In this document: piece by piece, positions 11,825 to 25,512 of the stretch | Numbering within the stretch: the first letter of the stretch is position 1 | How the letters are laid out: each line of letters starts with the position of its first letter | DNA from: Felis catus | Taxonomy: Eukaryota | Assembly (NCBI RefSeq): GCF_018350175.1 | Contig: NC_058368.1 | Coordinates: forward strand, 120,964,001 to 121,028,000 | Direction: 5' to 3' | Length of the DNA stretch: 64,000 nucleotides | Notes under the pieces: model-generated | Database searches by the model: none | What the model was told of the DNA's origin: nothing | The model's input: the letters and a program-made list of their open reading frames with translations, nothing else | Position numbers and translations under genes: made by a program

Positions 11825-12699
11825 ACCAATACAGTATTGAAACAGGTTCTAGAATCAAGTCACTCACTGGCTAGTGACTGATTTGGGGTCCTATATACTT
11901 TATGCCTGCCCCAGTTCTCAGGTCTAAGATCTGAATCAGTCTCAGCAAACAATGATTCACATTTTACCCTCTTTCTCTCTTCAACCATAGCAGAAGCAAA
12001 TAGCCAGCAACAGAGAAGATAAACTATGTCAACAATATCAAGAAAAGCAGCTCCAACCATCTCTAATGAGTCTATAGGAGTGCTGCATTTGACAAGAGTA
12101 TCAGACAGGGTCTGAGTTGGGAAGCTTTGCAACAACACACTCCAGGACTGTGCTGTTTGCTATTCTGATTTCCTAGGGGACCAAGAAAAAGTTCACAAGT
12201 GCACTCAATTGCTGTCAAATCAGCTGCCCTACTTGTATCTCCCTGGAGCAGATACTGCTGGCTCTGGGTCTCATTACAGTAAATGGGCACTGTTTCCCCT
12301 ACTTGTCACTTCTACAGGCAAATGAGGGATGGGGGGAGTGGCTCTTGGAAAGTGATGCAGCTACTTCTAAAATTATTTTTTGAGATACTTTCTGATATCC
12401 AGCAAACACTGCCCCAAGGAGGCAAAGGCCACCTTCCCAGCATCCCTGTTGCAGAAGATAGGATCCCTTTCCTCCTCCCCTGGGAAGGCAGAGATGCCTC
12501 CATTCCTCTCAACAATTGCTAGAAATAGTGCCTAAAATGATATAAACCATTTGACACCCCCCCCCCCCCGTCTCATGCAACCAAGTACATTATATACATC
12601 AAGGTAAGAATAAAATCCAAGAAAATGGGTCACCTTTTTCTTACGTTGTGGGTAAACTTTTGGGAAAGGTAAACACAGATAAAACTGTCTGCATGACTC

Positions 12700-13350
12700 C
12701 AATAGCCTCTAAGTTGGTCTGACTCCAGTCTTGTCTTCCAATCTCTATTTTCCAATCTGCTGAGAGCTATCTTTCTAAAAGACAAATGTAATCAGGTTGT
12801 GTCCACAGTCTGCCCCTCTGTATGCAAAGCAAGCATTGCTTAAAAGTTTTCTGGGCCCTAGAGATAAAACACTCTTTTGCATGACTTACAAGGCTCTTAA
12901 GGACCACCTGTCAACCATCCCTCCCAGCTCTTATCTTGCACTCAGTGCTCCACCAATTTTGAATTAACTTGGAATTCTTAAGACCCACTATAATCTGCCT
13001 CACCGCTAAAACATACTGTTTCTTCCACTCAAAATATTCTTCCTCTACCCCTTTCACCTGATTAACTCTGATTCATTCCCTCAAATGTTAGCTGAGAGTC
13101 ATTTCCCCAGAAAATCCCTCTCTTTTCCCCCAAATGTGGAGGAGGTCACTGTGCAAGAAGCTTTCTTTCCTCCCTGGCTATGGGGCCATTCAGCACACTC
13201 TAATGAAATTGCTTGCTCATGGTTCTTTCTCACAGTGGACTGGAAACTCATTGGATTTATCCAGTTCACTGCTTTTTCTCCATAACAGTATCTGGCAGAG
13301 TAGGCATTAAATAAATGGTGTTGAAGGAAGGAAGGGACAAGTGAATGAAG
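12700..13350 (+). mobile_element. L2 3' fragment
   Basis: Pyrimidine-rich L2 body ending tctggcagagtaggcattaaataaatggtgttgaag. Confidence 0.65.
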
Positions 13351-13939
13351 TCATTTTTTAAAGGATATTTCTGCACAAATTTTATTTGCATATTCAAAGC
13401 CCTTTAGAATAAAACTGCAACCCAGTTTCCAAACGTATTCTACAACATCTCTCCACGTTCTGTAGCATCCAGTCATAATGAAGTTATTTCTCATCCACAC
13501 CCCACACAGTTCTAACTCTGAGCCTTTGTTCACATTGTCCCTTCAATAAAAATGCCACACAACACAATGCCACCATCAAGGCATTTCTTCCATGAACACT
13601 TACTTGGTTCCCCCGATGCAGAATTAATTTGTTTCCTCCTTGTCCTTACATCATGATCCTTGTGCCTTTGGTTTAGCACTTGGGAATTTTTGCCTTATTT
13701 ATGTGTCTATTCTTTCAACTGAAATACAGATTCCTTAAGGACAGCAACAGTGTTTTAGTGCTCATCACAGAGCCTAAAATAATTCTCAGTATTTATAATA
13801 TTATGTAATATTTACTCAAGTTAATGTAAGCTGATTATGTGCTTTAATATAGCTTTAAGATTAAAGGGAATAGCCATAACTTTTAAGATGATAATATAAA
13901 CCTATAGATATTACCTGTATATATGCACCAATCTCTGAA

Positions 13940-14120
13940 TGTTTTGTATTCATTCCTTATCATCTACAAAATACATGGTAGTTATTAGTACCCCATCTCA
14001 CAGATGAGGTAACTGGCAATTTATGCAAGCTGACAAAGATCACATAGTGAGTAACTGGCAGATCCAAGATTGAATTTAAGCCTATCTGACCCCGGGGGCT
14101 GACTTTTTTCAACTAACACT
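13940..14120 (-). mobile_element. MIR fragment
   Basis: ccccatctcacagatgaggtaactg..aagatcacatag. Confidence 0.7.
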
Positions 14121-15689
14121 GTTTTGGGTCGTTCTTTGTGTGCAATGTTACTCTAGAAGTTTGCATCATTTCAGTAGCATAAACCCCGAGTAAAGCCTGG
14201 TAGTCTTATTGTGCTTAAGATGAACCAGGACCATAGTTCCACAAAACTTCTCCTAGAGTCAGAGACATGCCTACTGTGGCTCACAGACCACCGGCTATTG
14301 ATGGTCTGTGAGGAAGAGATTTGCTCCTCCAGGACACATATCCATCAGTGATATCCATTAACAGGGCAACACCAGTCAACACCTGGTCAAGAATCCAGTA
14401 TCTGGCTTTGGTATGTCCACATCCACCTACCTCAGATAAAGTAAATGCCTCCTCACCAGTGGCCACTGAACCATAAGTGTGGACTGTGAGAGAGAAATCT
14501 AAGGAAGGCCACCGAATGCAACATGTGAGCAGCCAAAGCTTGGGGCTTTGTATTTTATCACATCTTTCAAGTTAGTTTCCAAGTAGCTGGCATGTGTTCA
14601 ACATGTTATATTCACTATCTTGCTTAATTCATACACTCTATGTGTTATTATTATACCCAATATAGAAATGAAAAAAGTGACACTTGGAGTTGTGAAATAA
14701 TTTTGCATAGGGTGCCAAGCTAAGAAGGTGAGGAGCAGTAAACACACACAGGTCTGCCTAACCTCATAGCCCCACTTTGGGCCATTTTGATATAGTGCTT
14801 TTACTACGAGTGTCCATATCTTACACTGGCAACCAGCATCACCCAAGCTTATACCCAAAGAGCATGCTCAGAATTGGTCTCTTTCTGCCTACCTGCTCAA
14901 AACTAAACAAACAAACAAACAAAAAAACTCCCAGGCACAGCAACCCAAATAACTTCTCACTCCAGGGGCCATCAGATACCAAAGCTACTTTCCAAAGCAT
15001 CTGGGTGTTTGTCCCAAGTCCTGACCTATTTCCAACTTGTGTAATTACATTGTCTTTCAAATTGCCCTTGGGTGTTCTGCTGGGTGAAACCATAGTGCAG
15101 CCTATCCTCAACCATGGATCGATGTTGCCAGACACGCATTAAATGACTGTTTCTATACACCAGAAGAGGGAGATACATATCTAAAGGGAATAGAAATAAT
15201 CTTCCACAGTTTCACAAGTTAAAACAATCAAAACTTGCCTGAGAGTTCTTTTGGGGGCAAGGATTCCATACTATAAGGCATATACTCTTAAAAGATTAAG
15301 CTAGTGATCAAACTGTGGCCTTTGGTGAAGTATTACTGAATTACTACATTTTTTAATGCAAGTGATTCCTTTCGAGGTGAGATGACCATTCTTTTCCCTT
15401 TCCAGTCTATTTCCACTATTTTCAAATTTTATCTTCTTGTCAACATTATGCCATTAATGGAAGGAGGAAGTGACATGCTAAAGGCATGAAGAGAATCAAA
15501 GAGAGAATAAACCTCCATCATTTATAGAGTATGAATGAAGGCCACTAAGCCTGCTACAGAAGGCTAGACCCAAAGACCCTTCCATGTACAATTATTTCAC
15601 ATATGGTTCAGATCAAAAACTCATCTTTAAAAGATAGCCAGTCCTGAAGATATACTGAATTATCATCACAACTAACTTTTAGTGGGTAC

Positions 15690-15880
15690 CACATAACAAA
15701 TATTTTACATGCATTATTTCATATAAACATAAAAATCCAATGAGGTAGACCCCCCATTTTTACAGGGGGGCACATGAAATTTCAAAAAGGTCAAGCTACT
15801 TGTCTAATGCTACACATATGAAATGGTGGAACCAGGACTCAAACCCAGGGGTCTCAGACTCTAGAACCTAACTTATTCCT
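15690..15880 (-). mobile_element. MIR fragment
   Basis: cccatttttacag..ggaaccaggactcaaacccagg..cagactctaga. Confidence 0.7.
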
Positions 15881-18019
15881 AACCTCCAAAATCTCCCCTG
15901 GGCATAGTCCCAAAGACTAGCCCAAAATTGGGATTCCTCTCTGTCAAAGAAAGCAGTTCTCTGAACTGAATCACACACTTACTGTTCTAAGAAAATTTTA
16001 TGAAGATGAAATGAATAATGGAAAACCAACTGGAAGAGAAACCCAGACTAAGACTGAAATGGAACATAAGGAAATGGAGAATTTGACATTCTTCTTTTTG
16101 AAGAGAGAGTAGAAGGCACCACGGAGGTCACTGGCTCCAAGTGCCTCTTTGAACAGATGAGACAAAAAGAAGTGACTTTTTCAAAGTCTTAGCATCACTG
16201 TAGTAGTATGAAATGTGAAAGCACCCAGAATCCACTACTGTCAGTATTACCACTGCTAGTATTGTTGTGATATTAATATTACCACTACCATTACAGAGAC
16301 TATTGTGTTAGAAATCCTGTTCCACACTGTGATCCCCACTAAATAGGCACTAAGAAGTACTATGTGGCATTTGTGCTTCATGGATATGAAGATGGGACAC
16401 ACTACAGTGTATATTCAAACCAGGCCTGTTACCCTAAGGCAACATAGTCCTTCTGACCATAGTGTCACATACACACACATACCCTCTACCTCATTCTTTC
16501 ATTAAGCAGTCTTCCAAGTAACAACATCTAAAATCATCTTACATATTTGGATGTTCACCATCTGACCCTTCCCCTCGCTATGTAATGTAAGCTCGAGGAA
16601 AGCATGAATTACATCTTTCTGGGAAGTCACTATATCCCCAGAGCCATCAGTTAATGATTTATTGAGTTAAGGAAGATACCATTAACATCAGTCAGTGCAA
16701 TGCATAAATGTTCCCTTTCATCCTGATCTGTTTGGACCAAGATCAATTCTATGAACAACCACCACCACCACCACCAAGATGAGGAGAACCCAGAACACTT
16801 CTCTAGTTTTACATCTTATCATGGGATCCCTCACATCATATTTTTACCAGATAAGCTTGTAAATAGCATACATCCTTTTTAGTACCTAGGAATCAGAGAA
16901 AAGTCCTAATCTATTATCCTTGCTTCTTTTTTGTGTATTGGAAAGGTACAGAAAAAAATATACAAATGAAAAAAATGTATTTGTAGCCATTGCTCAATAC
17001 TTGCTAACTCCTGGCACAGGAGTTCGTGCCAGGTTGCACTGAAGCCAGCTCAAGCCAGGCTAAGATGCTATGTGAGATTTTAGATGATGGTTTTGACCTG
17101 GATTAGGTGGTGCTTATACTTCAAAGTCTATTCTTCAAGACAATCCACAAATTAACATCACAATAAGCAATAAATATATTTTTAAAAACGTAATTTTGAC
17201 TTTAAAAAACCAGTTATGAAGGTCCCTCCATAGGCTTTAAATTGCACTTAAGAGAAAGATAGCTAACATGTCCTACACAAAACTCTAAGGAGTTTTAAAA
17301 CATTGGGTCATATTACATTGTTAATATGCAATCTCATAAAGATTTTAGACTCTGTGCTAGATGGTTTGGTAAGAGTGAGTTAATTCCTATAAAAACAGAA
17401 CACAGCTTGAAAAATACAGAGAGGAGGACAACATGGGTGTGGGGGTGTAAAGGTATGAGCATTGGAAGCCTGTTGTTAAGATGTCCCATGCCAAATTCCC
17501 TGATAATTATAGAAGTTATCCAAACCAAAAGATCTGCCATTGGAATAATGACTTTGTGGTCATGGGACTATACTCTGGATCCACTGATAAGGTCATAAAC
17601 ATGGCACTTCAATGTCTCATCATGGCTCCAACATTTCTCAACTCAAATCTTAGTCTTTGATCCTTTTTCCTGTTCAATGTGATCTGAAAATTATCCAAAT
17701 TTGATGAAAGGAAAGTACTGGGGGTTGGGCCTCAGAGATCTTTTCTATGGTTCATCCAGTGTTTTATGAAAAAATTAATCAACATTCATCAATTCAAAAT
17801 TCCATATTAAAGACAAAATCAGCTTTCCAGGTTCTCTTGAATTTCATTTTCTCTCTGGCACAGAGTCTATATTCCCAGATGGCAAAAAGCAGCTGAAACT
17901 GAAGATAATCTTCCCCCTTTGGGTAGGACGTGTGCTCTATGATTTTACACGGTGTCCACCACCCTCTACTGTCTTCCAACCTTAAGGTCTGTGTTGGCAT
18001 CTATCATTGCACTCGCACT

Positions 18020-19400
18020 GTATTTTTTTTTCCTAGTACACAAATGTTTCTTGGAATCAATCTGTCAAAAATTGGATATCAGAAGATAAAAGAGGTATAT
18101 TGTTTAAAATCAAAAATTCACTTGGAAAGGACAAGGCCAGAGTATTCAAGTACAAGTTGGGGGATTCACCCTCCAGATAAAATAAACTATAGTAATTATG
18201 AAGTTGTGATACTGACACAATGAAAGTAATCAGAATAGAATGGGTTCAAGAAACAAAAAGATAAATAGATAAATGGCAATCAGACATACAGCATTACTAA
18301 TCAATAAAGAAAGATGGCCCGTTCAATAAATGATGAATATCAATATTATAAAAATAAATTATAATCCTATTTTATACCAATTCCTAATGTGTTTAAGTCC
18401 TAATTGTAAAAGACACAAAATTTCAAAATGTGAGAAAGTATAGAATATTACCTTTAGGATATTGGTTTACCAGAGAATTGCTTCAACAATATACATAAAG
18501 TACAAGTGATAAGAAAAAAAATATTTATTTTTTTAAACTTTTTTAAATGTTTATTTGTACTTGAGAGGGAGACAGAGAGAGAGCACTACAGTGCATGAGC
18601 TGGTGAGAGGCAGAGAGAGAGACAGAATCTGAAGCAGGTTCCAGGCTCTGAGTTGTCAGCACAGAGCCCGAGACAGGGCTCAAACTCAAGAGATCATGAC
18701 CTGAGCTGAAGTTGGACATTTAACTGACTGGGCCACCCAGGCACCCTGAGAAAACATTTTAAATGTCAAATTTATCTGTAACAGTTCTTCTAAAAACAAA
18801 AAAAAGCCACCATATCTAGGTTAAAATGTAAACTTCATTAATAAGAAAAATGTAAAACAGTAACAAGATGTCATTTTGCATATATTTATAACTAAAAAAA
18901 ATTTAAACTTGACAATACCAAGTGTTGGTTATGATGTAGAGAAATGAGGACTTTTCACACACTATTAAGGAAAAAAGAAATGATTTCACCACCCATTTTG
19001 ATAAGGAATTGGGTATAACTAGTCAAGAGTGTGTATCTTTTTTTTTTGAACTACTGGTAAAGAATATGTGTATACCTTTTAGTTTAGCAAGTCCACTTAC
19101 AGGTATATCCTCAAACTCTTGTACATGTGCTAAGGAGACATGTCCAAGAATGAAGTAGCACTGTATAGATCAACATATTATCTAACCTATAATGTCAGAT
19201 CTTTTTAAAGTGAACTTAAATATCATTTATAGAATTAAACACTAAATAATGTTTGCCAGTTTTCAAACAATGCTATATTTTGTTAATAGACCCATGCATA
19301 TATGGAAAAGTTTTCATTGATGAAAATAATTAAACTTCATCTTCAACATAAAGGTTATCTTTAGTAAGGGAAGGTGACTAGGATGGAGTTTCCATTGTTT
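18020..19400 (+). mobile_element. Ancient L1M (L1ME-like) 3' region, interrupted by a SINE
   Basis: Degenerate A-rich L1 ORF2 end (gacaataccaagtgttgg..tagcaagtccacttacaggtatatcc). Confidence 0.7.
18522..18746 (-). mobile_element. Can-SINE
   Basis: SINEC body in reverse. Confidence 0.93.
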
Positions 19401-19419
19401 ATGTTAGAGACTGAGTTGT

Positions 19420-20650
19420 CAATATATGATTGATTCTTTGAAGATAATTTTTCTTTATTGTTTTTAGTATTTTCTCCTTGGCCTTGGTTTAACTCAGTTT
19501 TATTAGGATGGGTCTAGTTGCATCTTTGTATTTTCCTGCCTAGTATTTGTGGCTCTCCACCAATTACCTGAGTCAATGACTTGACATATTTTTTTCTTTT
19601 ACAGTTTAGAACAATACTTGATCACTGTATCTTCAAATACTACTGCTGCAGCTTCTCCACTCTTTTTCTAGGCCACTCTCTACATACATACAAATGTACA
19701 TATGTACCTTACATATATTAGATCTTTAGAGACGTGTTTAGTGAATCTTTCACCCTGTTTTATTTGTCTCCTACTCTATCTTCTGTATTTCTCTTCCTTC
19801 TCCTTTTTTATTTGCAGGTCTGTTTATTTCCTCTCTCCTATTCTTCTATCACTGATTCTTTCATCAGCTTTGTCTAAGATGATATTCAACCTGTCCACAT
19901 AATTCTTCATTTCATTTGTTGTTTCTATGTACCAAGTTTTCTATTAGATTCTTGTTTTTCCAGTTTCCTGTCAAAGTTTCCCTGGTCATCTCTTAATTCT
20001 TTGAATGCTTTAATTTTATTTCTTTTAACTAAAATATCTGGATCTCTTGTGGATTGATTTTCATTATCTGTTTTTAATATCTGTTTTCAATCGCTTGCTT
20101 GCTTACCATAGTTTTGATAAAATCTCAGGAAATTCTTAGCCTGAAATTTTCATTATTATATATGAAAAATAGAATATCTGAGACTCTGATTGATGTTATC
20201 TGCCTACAGCATCCCTAAGAATAATCATCTAATTACAGAGTGGGATAATTCAAAGTTGGGCTTGAGTTCCCTGTGAACGCTAATTGATTTCCAATCCACT
20301 TTGACTCCTGGAATCTTCACTAAAACCGTAGAATTTTACCAGGGATATCATTCCTTTACAAACCCTGAAATCCCATTTTTACCCCTTAGCCTGATTAGTA
20401 TTCTGAATGCTGCATTCAGTTTTTCAGGCCCTCAGTCACTATTTTTAAAATCAATGATCACTCCAAAGAGAAAAGTAGCACCGAATACTGTGAAATTCTC
20501 TCCTCTTTCAGATCTTTGTCCTTCAAGTCTTCACTTTCTTGGTGGCTCTATTAGGTCTCCAACTAGAATTTCTTAATTTAATATCCAGCCCTTTTAGTTG
20601 CCTTTATCCAGAATTTTGGTCACAAATAACATGATCTAAAGTCAGAAGCA
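19420..20650 (-). mobile_element. Ancient L1M/HAL1-like ORF1-region fragment
   Basis: T-rich degenerate sequence resembling reverse L1 ORF1; no intact frame. Confidence 0.5.
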
Positions 20651-20829
20651 GAATACATCCAAGGTCAATTTTGAGCATGTGAAAAGCCTGTATAGAGATC
20701 TTGATGGACTCAAACATATTCTGTCAATTGGTTCAAAATTTTTTCAGCCATTTTCACAAGGCGTAACAACAGGCAACAGAAATTAACTTACTTTGACATA
20801 GAGGGTCTTCACAGGAAAAAGTATAGAAC

Positions 20830-21030
20830 TCAATACCATGCCTTGACTTTAACTTATTTGCTGTGATACCCTGGGAAAATGACACAAACTCTCTGTTCTT
20901 AGTCTTATGTATAATAGAGGGTAATAGCACATTCTAACTGCCTCATCAGTTTGAGGATTCATTAAAACAAACAGATAAAAGCACCAAGTACGGTGCCTGG
21001 CCCATAATAGATATTCACTATATACTAGTT
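20830..21030 (+). mobile_element. MIR fragment
   Basis: gctgtgataccctgggaaa..cggtgcctggcccataatag. Confidence 0.7.
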
Positions 21031-21089
21031 TGGTAATTGTTGAAATAAGAGATTATTGTTTATCTTGCTATTAAAAAGTTTACTGCTGA

Positions 21090-21306
21090 GGGGCACCTGG
21101 GTTGCTCAGTCGGTTGGGCATCCGAGTTCAGCTTGGGTCATGATCTCATAGTTTGTGGGTTCAAGCCCTCAATCGGGGTCTGTGCTGACAGCTCAGAGCC
21201 TGAAGCCTACTTTGGTTTCTATATCTCCCTCTCTCTCTACCCACCCCCCCTACTCATACTCTGTGTTTCAAAAATGGATGAACATTAAAAAAAAAATTTT
21301 TTTTTT
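21090..21306 (+). mobile_element. Can-SINE
   Basis: 14-bp TSD aagtttactgctga at 21076-21089 and 21307-21320. Confidence 0.95.
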
Positions 21307-21520
21307 AAGTTTACTGCTGAAACTCCAAAGCAAAAAGTTCTAATAGGCAGCAATAATAGCTGACTCAAGAGAATTCCCAGCATACATGCAAGGATTCATT
21401 GTTAGTTTAGGGAACCTGGAACATAACTATGCTATTCTGTCCCTTAAAATGGATCCAGAGTAACTTTTGTTAAAATAGTTTATCAGTGTGGAAAAGTAAA
21501 GTTTTCAAATTAACATGACA

Positions 21521-21615
21521 GAGGCGCCTATCTGACTCAGTTGGTAGAACACGCATCTCTTGATCTCAGAGTCTTGAGTTCTAGCCCCGCATTGGGTATA
21601 GAGATTGCTTAGTTA
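21521..21615 (+). mobile_element. Short tRNA-Lys-derived SINE (SINEC_old-like)
   Basis: tgactcagttggtagaac..ctcttgatctcagagtcttgagttctagcccc..ttggg; lacks the (CT)n region. Confidence 0.8.
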
Positions 21616-22819
21616 TTTACTTAACTAAAAGGACAAATCAGAGATGACAATTACTCAATGACTCTACCCTGGGGCCTCATCAACGATATGTTGGCTGTAG
21701 GTGAAATGAGCTCTTAAGTGATGCCAGATACATCAGGCACAAACTCTTGACTCCCTGAAGGTTGACTCTGTCTCAGAGACAGCCTACAGAAGGTTACTTA
21801 TCGAAAGAAAAAGGCAGAGGCTCCATAGATCCCCTCTTTGTTCATGGAATTTGCATTCTTTCATCGGTGATACATTAAGTCCTCTACATTGTTTTTTCTT
21901 TCTGCCTCCTCACAACATCCCAGTAATAGAGGTGCCATTATCCCCCCTCCTGTATTCTACAAGTTGATACACTCACTGATGCTTAAGTATATGCCAGGCA
22001 ATTCGGGCAACATTTTTTGAGTACCTATTATGTGCCAGGCAATGTACCAGCCACTAAGGCCACAAGAGTGAACAAGACCACATCCCTGCAAAGACCTTGA
22101 GCTAAGGCAAGAAATCAAAAGCTGACACTCCTGAGCACACGCTCTAAAACCACTCCTTTTACTGTCAGACGCTGATGTGATCATTGTTACAACAGTGAGG
22201 AAAAAATACGAAAGAAAGCAGAGTGAAAGCAAAACATTGAGGCAGACAGAAAAGGTGGTTAAAGGGTGGCCTCACACCCCCACGAAGACCCAGTCCCTGC
22301 ACAGATCCAGCCCCTGATTAAGTGCTAAGGAGGAAATAAAATATAGTACAAGAACAAAGAGTAAAGTGGAGGGATTACTTTCACAGTGTGTTCCAGAAAT
22401 TTCTCCACAAAGCTGAGACTGTAAAGATGCAAAGTTTGAGGCAGACACAGCAGGATTTGAGGCAAAAAAGAGCTCAGCATGTTCAACTGTACCTGGAGAC
22501 AAGGAAGAAAAGTGGAGTCAGGAGATAGGCTGGAGTTAGGGAAGGGACCACATCACAGAGGGAGTGGTAGAGTCATGGCACAGACTGAGAGATCACACTG
22601 CCCCTTCCAATTGGCAAAACATATTGTTATTCCCTGGATCACACAGAGTGCTCACCAGTAGCCCAAAATTAAGGTCAGCATCACTACCTCCCTTCCATCT
22701 GGAACCACATCCTCCTTTCCTCCTTTCCTTTGTAGCTGCCTCCTTTTAACCTTAGTTCACAGTTAGAAACTTCATGCAGCTTTTGGACTATAGACAATAA
22801 CATTACACCAGAAGTATGT

Positions 22820-22930
22820 ATTATGATAAACATCATTACAATAGCAGTCATATTGCAATATATACATGTAACAATATGTACCTTAAATTTATATACTAAT
22901 TGTCAAATTTATCCAATAAAAATAAATACC
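22820..22930 (+). mobile_element. L1MA/MB 3'-terminal fragment
   Basis: tgcaatatatacatgtaac..gtaccttaaattta..aataaaaataaa. Confidence 0.65.
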
Positions 22931-23730
22931 AGAATTAGCAAAATTAAATAAATAAACCTCCTAATTCTCATTTCACCCTTGCATACATTTTGTGTTCATT
23001 TTGCTCAGCACACCAAAATACAATTTTGTTATAAGACAAGGCCTGGAGAAACTGCCACGGTGCTTTGCACACAGTAAGTCCTCAACAGTTGTTAGTTAAG
23101 CTGATATTCAGATGCAGGCATGAGCCTAACTGCTGGAAAGTGTGAACAGTCCCAACCACAAGCTGTGGGGAGTTAAGGGGCAAAAGGACTCCCCCAGCTC
23201 AGAAGAGGGGGCTGCTAAGTGGCATAGCAGGAAGGCGAGGCCCAAGCAAGCCTTTCTTGAACCATTCTTTAAACTGCTTTTTCTTCCGCCTAACCTTTGG
23301 GTGGAGAGACAGGTCAGAATGTGACCTCTCGGTACCCAGCCTCATGTAAATGTACTATCCATTTTTCTACATAGAACAATTCAAATAAATAGAAAAAACA
23401 TGTTTTAAATTACGCTTTTTGTCTAGGAAGAGAAAATAAGAATTGCCCTATTTTTGGAGAATGCCAACCAGATACCTCTGGGACTTTGCGAACACCTCTA
23501 TCAATTACATGCACTGCGCAAGCAGCAAGGAGACATTTGTTAATTGGAACTGTAATGACCAGCTTTTACCAATATCTAATTTAGGGCTACTGTCAGAAGC
23601 TGGGCTCATTTTCTCAAGTAAGGAGGATAAATGCAAGACTTTTAGCAGTGCAGGAAAGAAGAAGTCCAACTGTCAGGTGACTAAATCACAATATTTGGAT
23701 AATATTTTCTGCTATTGTTTACATGTAAAT

Positions 23731-23732
<2 letters not shown>

Positions 23733-23782
<50 letters not shown>
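23733..23782. repeat. (AC)25 microsatellite
   Basis: Read directly from the sequence. Confidence 0.98.
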
Positions 23783-23783
<1 letters not shown>

Positions 23784-23993
23784 ATCTCACTTTTACCCAA
23801 TATTTCCAGCATTCAGACCATCACTAGCTCAGTTAGGCAGGGACAATACAGCTTCCTGGAAAAAGTGATATTTGACCTGATTTACAAAGGTGAGTAAGAA
23901 TTCCAAAGGAATTCCCAAAGAAGGGGAGCCGTTTTGAGTGACCTAACACAGGTTCGTTTAACACTATCCCAATTCTTAGTTGTTTTTATTTTT

Positions 23994-24212
23994 TTTTTAA
24001 TTTTTTTTTCAACATTTATTTATTTTGGGGGCAGAGAGAGACACAGCATGAACGGGGGCGGGGCAGAGAGAGAGGGAGACACAGATACAGAAACAGGCTC
24101 CAGGCTCTGAGCCATCAGCCCAGAGCCTGATGCGGGGCTCGAACTCACGGACCGCAAGATCGTGACCTGGCTGAAATCGGAAGCTCAACCGACTGCGCCA
24201 CTCAGGCGCCCC
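23994..24212 (-). mobile_element. Young Can-SINE (SINEC_Fc-like)
   Basis: 16-bp TSD agttgtttttattttt at 23978-23993 and 24213-24228; many CpGs retained. Confidence 0.97.
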
Positions 24213-25290
24213 AGTTGTTTTTATTTTTAGCGAAAATGTAGTAGCCAAGTGGGTCTAGGTGGGAAAGGATTGGAGAAACATAGCAGGAAGGCACTTAACA
24301 CCTAGAAAACCCCCTGTAAAATATGAAACAGTAAGTCTGGTGGTGGTAGTACCTACTGGATACTGAGCTACTAAGTCATAGATAGCAGTGAACATTTTAC
24401 CCATATTATTTCATCTCTGCTCACAGAAATTACCATGCGGATCATTACTTCATTTTGAAGATAATAAAGCTCGGGTTTATAGAAGGTAAGACTCTCGCCT
24501 AAGGGTTCATAGTTAATAGTGGGGAGCACCAAGAATCACAGAGATTTCTCTGGAGGCCAGACAGTGCAGTGATGAAGAGTATGGGCTCTAGAGTCAAAGC
24601 AAGAGAAGCATCCCAGGACACAAGCCTCCCCTAGATTTTTGTGTGTGTTTTCTTTTTTAAATCATCAAGTGTTGAATTCGATCTTCTTCACAACCCCTCC
24701 TAGCTCCATGCTCCAGTCTTCGCAGTCTGGCCCAGGGCTGGACCACAACCCCCATCATTCTTCACTTTTATGATCCTCCTGCATCAGCTCCCAGCCCCCT
24801 CTCCCAGTTCTCTAGACAGAATAGAGCCCAAAAGTGAATCCAAGAAGAAAGCTTCTGGTTATATTCTATCACTGAGGGGGAAGCTGGAGAAAAAAAATGC
24901 ACTCCCTCAATGGCTGCAGTATTAACAGTGGTGCTTGCTGAACACCAGAAGGACTCTTGAAATAAAGAATTAATGGCTTCCAGAACCAGCATCGGGGTGA
25001 TTGGTGCCAATGGGGGCTCTGCATAATTTAGTGTTACACTCTCAACTAAGAAATACCTTTGGGCAAGAGCCTAAGTTTCTTTTGAACCACATGAATCGTC
25101 AGAAGGAATAGGAGGAGAACAGGGTGCAATGCCAGAGATGCTAATATCAAAAATATATCTGAAGAGTTTGGATAATATTGTCTCAAAATATATACAAGTG
25201 GCAAAATACCCTAATACTTATAAATTAATCGACTGTCTCCCGAGACACATACACGTAATGAACTAAGCTTTAATATTTGTAGATGTTTAT

Positions 25291-25512
25291 GGGGCGCCTG
25301 GGTGGCGCAGTCAGTTAAGCGTCCGACTTCAGCCAGGTCACGATCTTGCGGTCCGTGGGTTCGAGCCCCGCGTTGGGCTCTGGGCTGATGGCTCAGAGCC
25401 TGGAGCCTGTTTCCGATTCTGTGTCTCCCTCTCTCTCTGCCCCTCCCCCGTTCATGCTCTGTCTCTCTCTGTCCCAAAAATAAATAAACGTTGAAAAAAA
25501 AATTAAAAAAAA
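25291..25512 (+). mobile_element. Young Can-SINE (SINEC_Fc-like)
   Basis: 18-bp TSD aatatttgtagatgttta at 25272-25289 and 25513-25530; about 5 differences from the copy at 939-1162. Confidence 0.97.

Noticed and set aside
21521..21600. tRNA-Lys-like gene (also 60055-60130)
   Set aside because: Degenerate stems, SINE-type GGGGCGCC-like leader and A-rich tail; these are retroposed SINEs, not functional tRNAs
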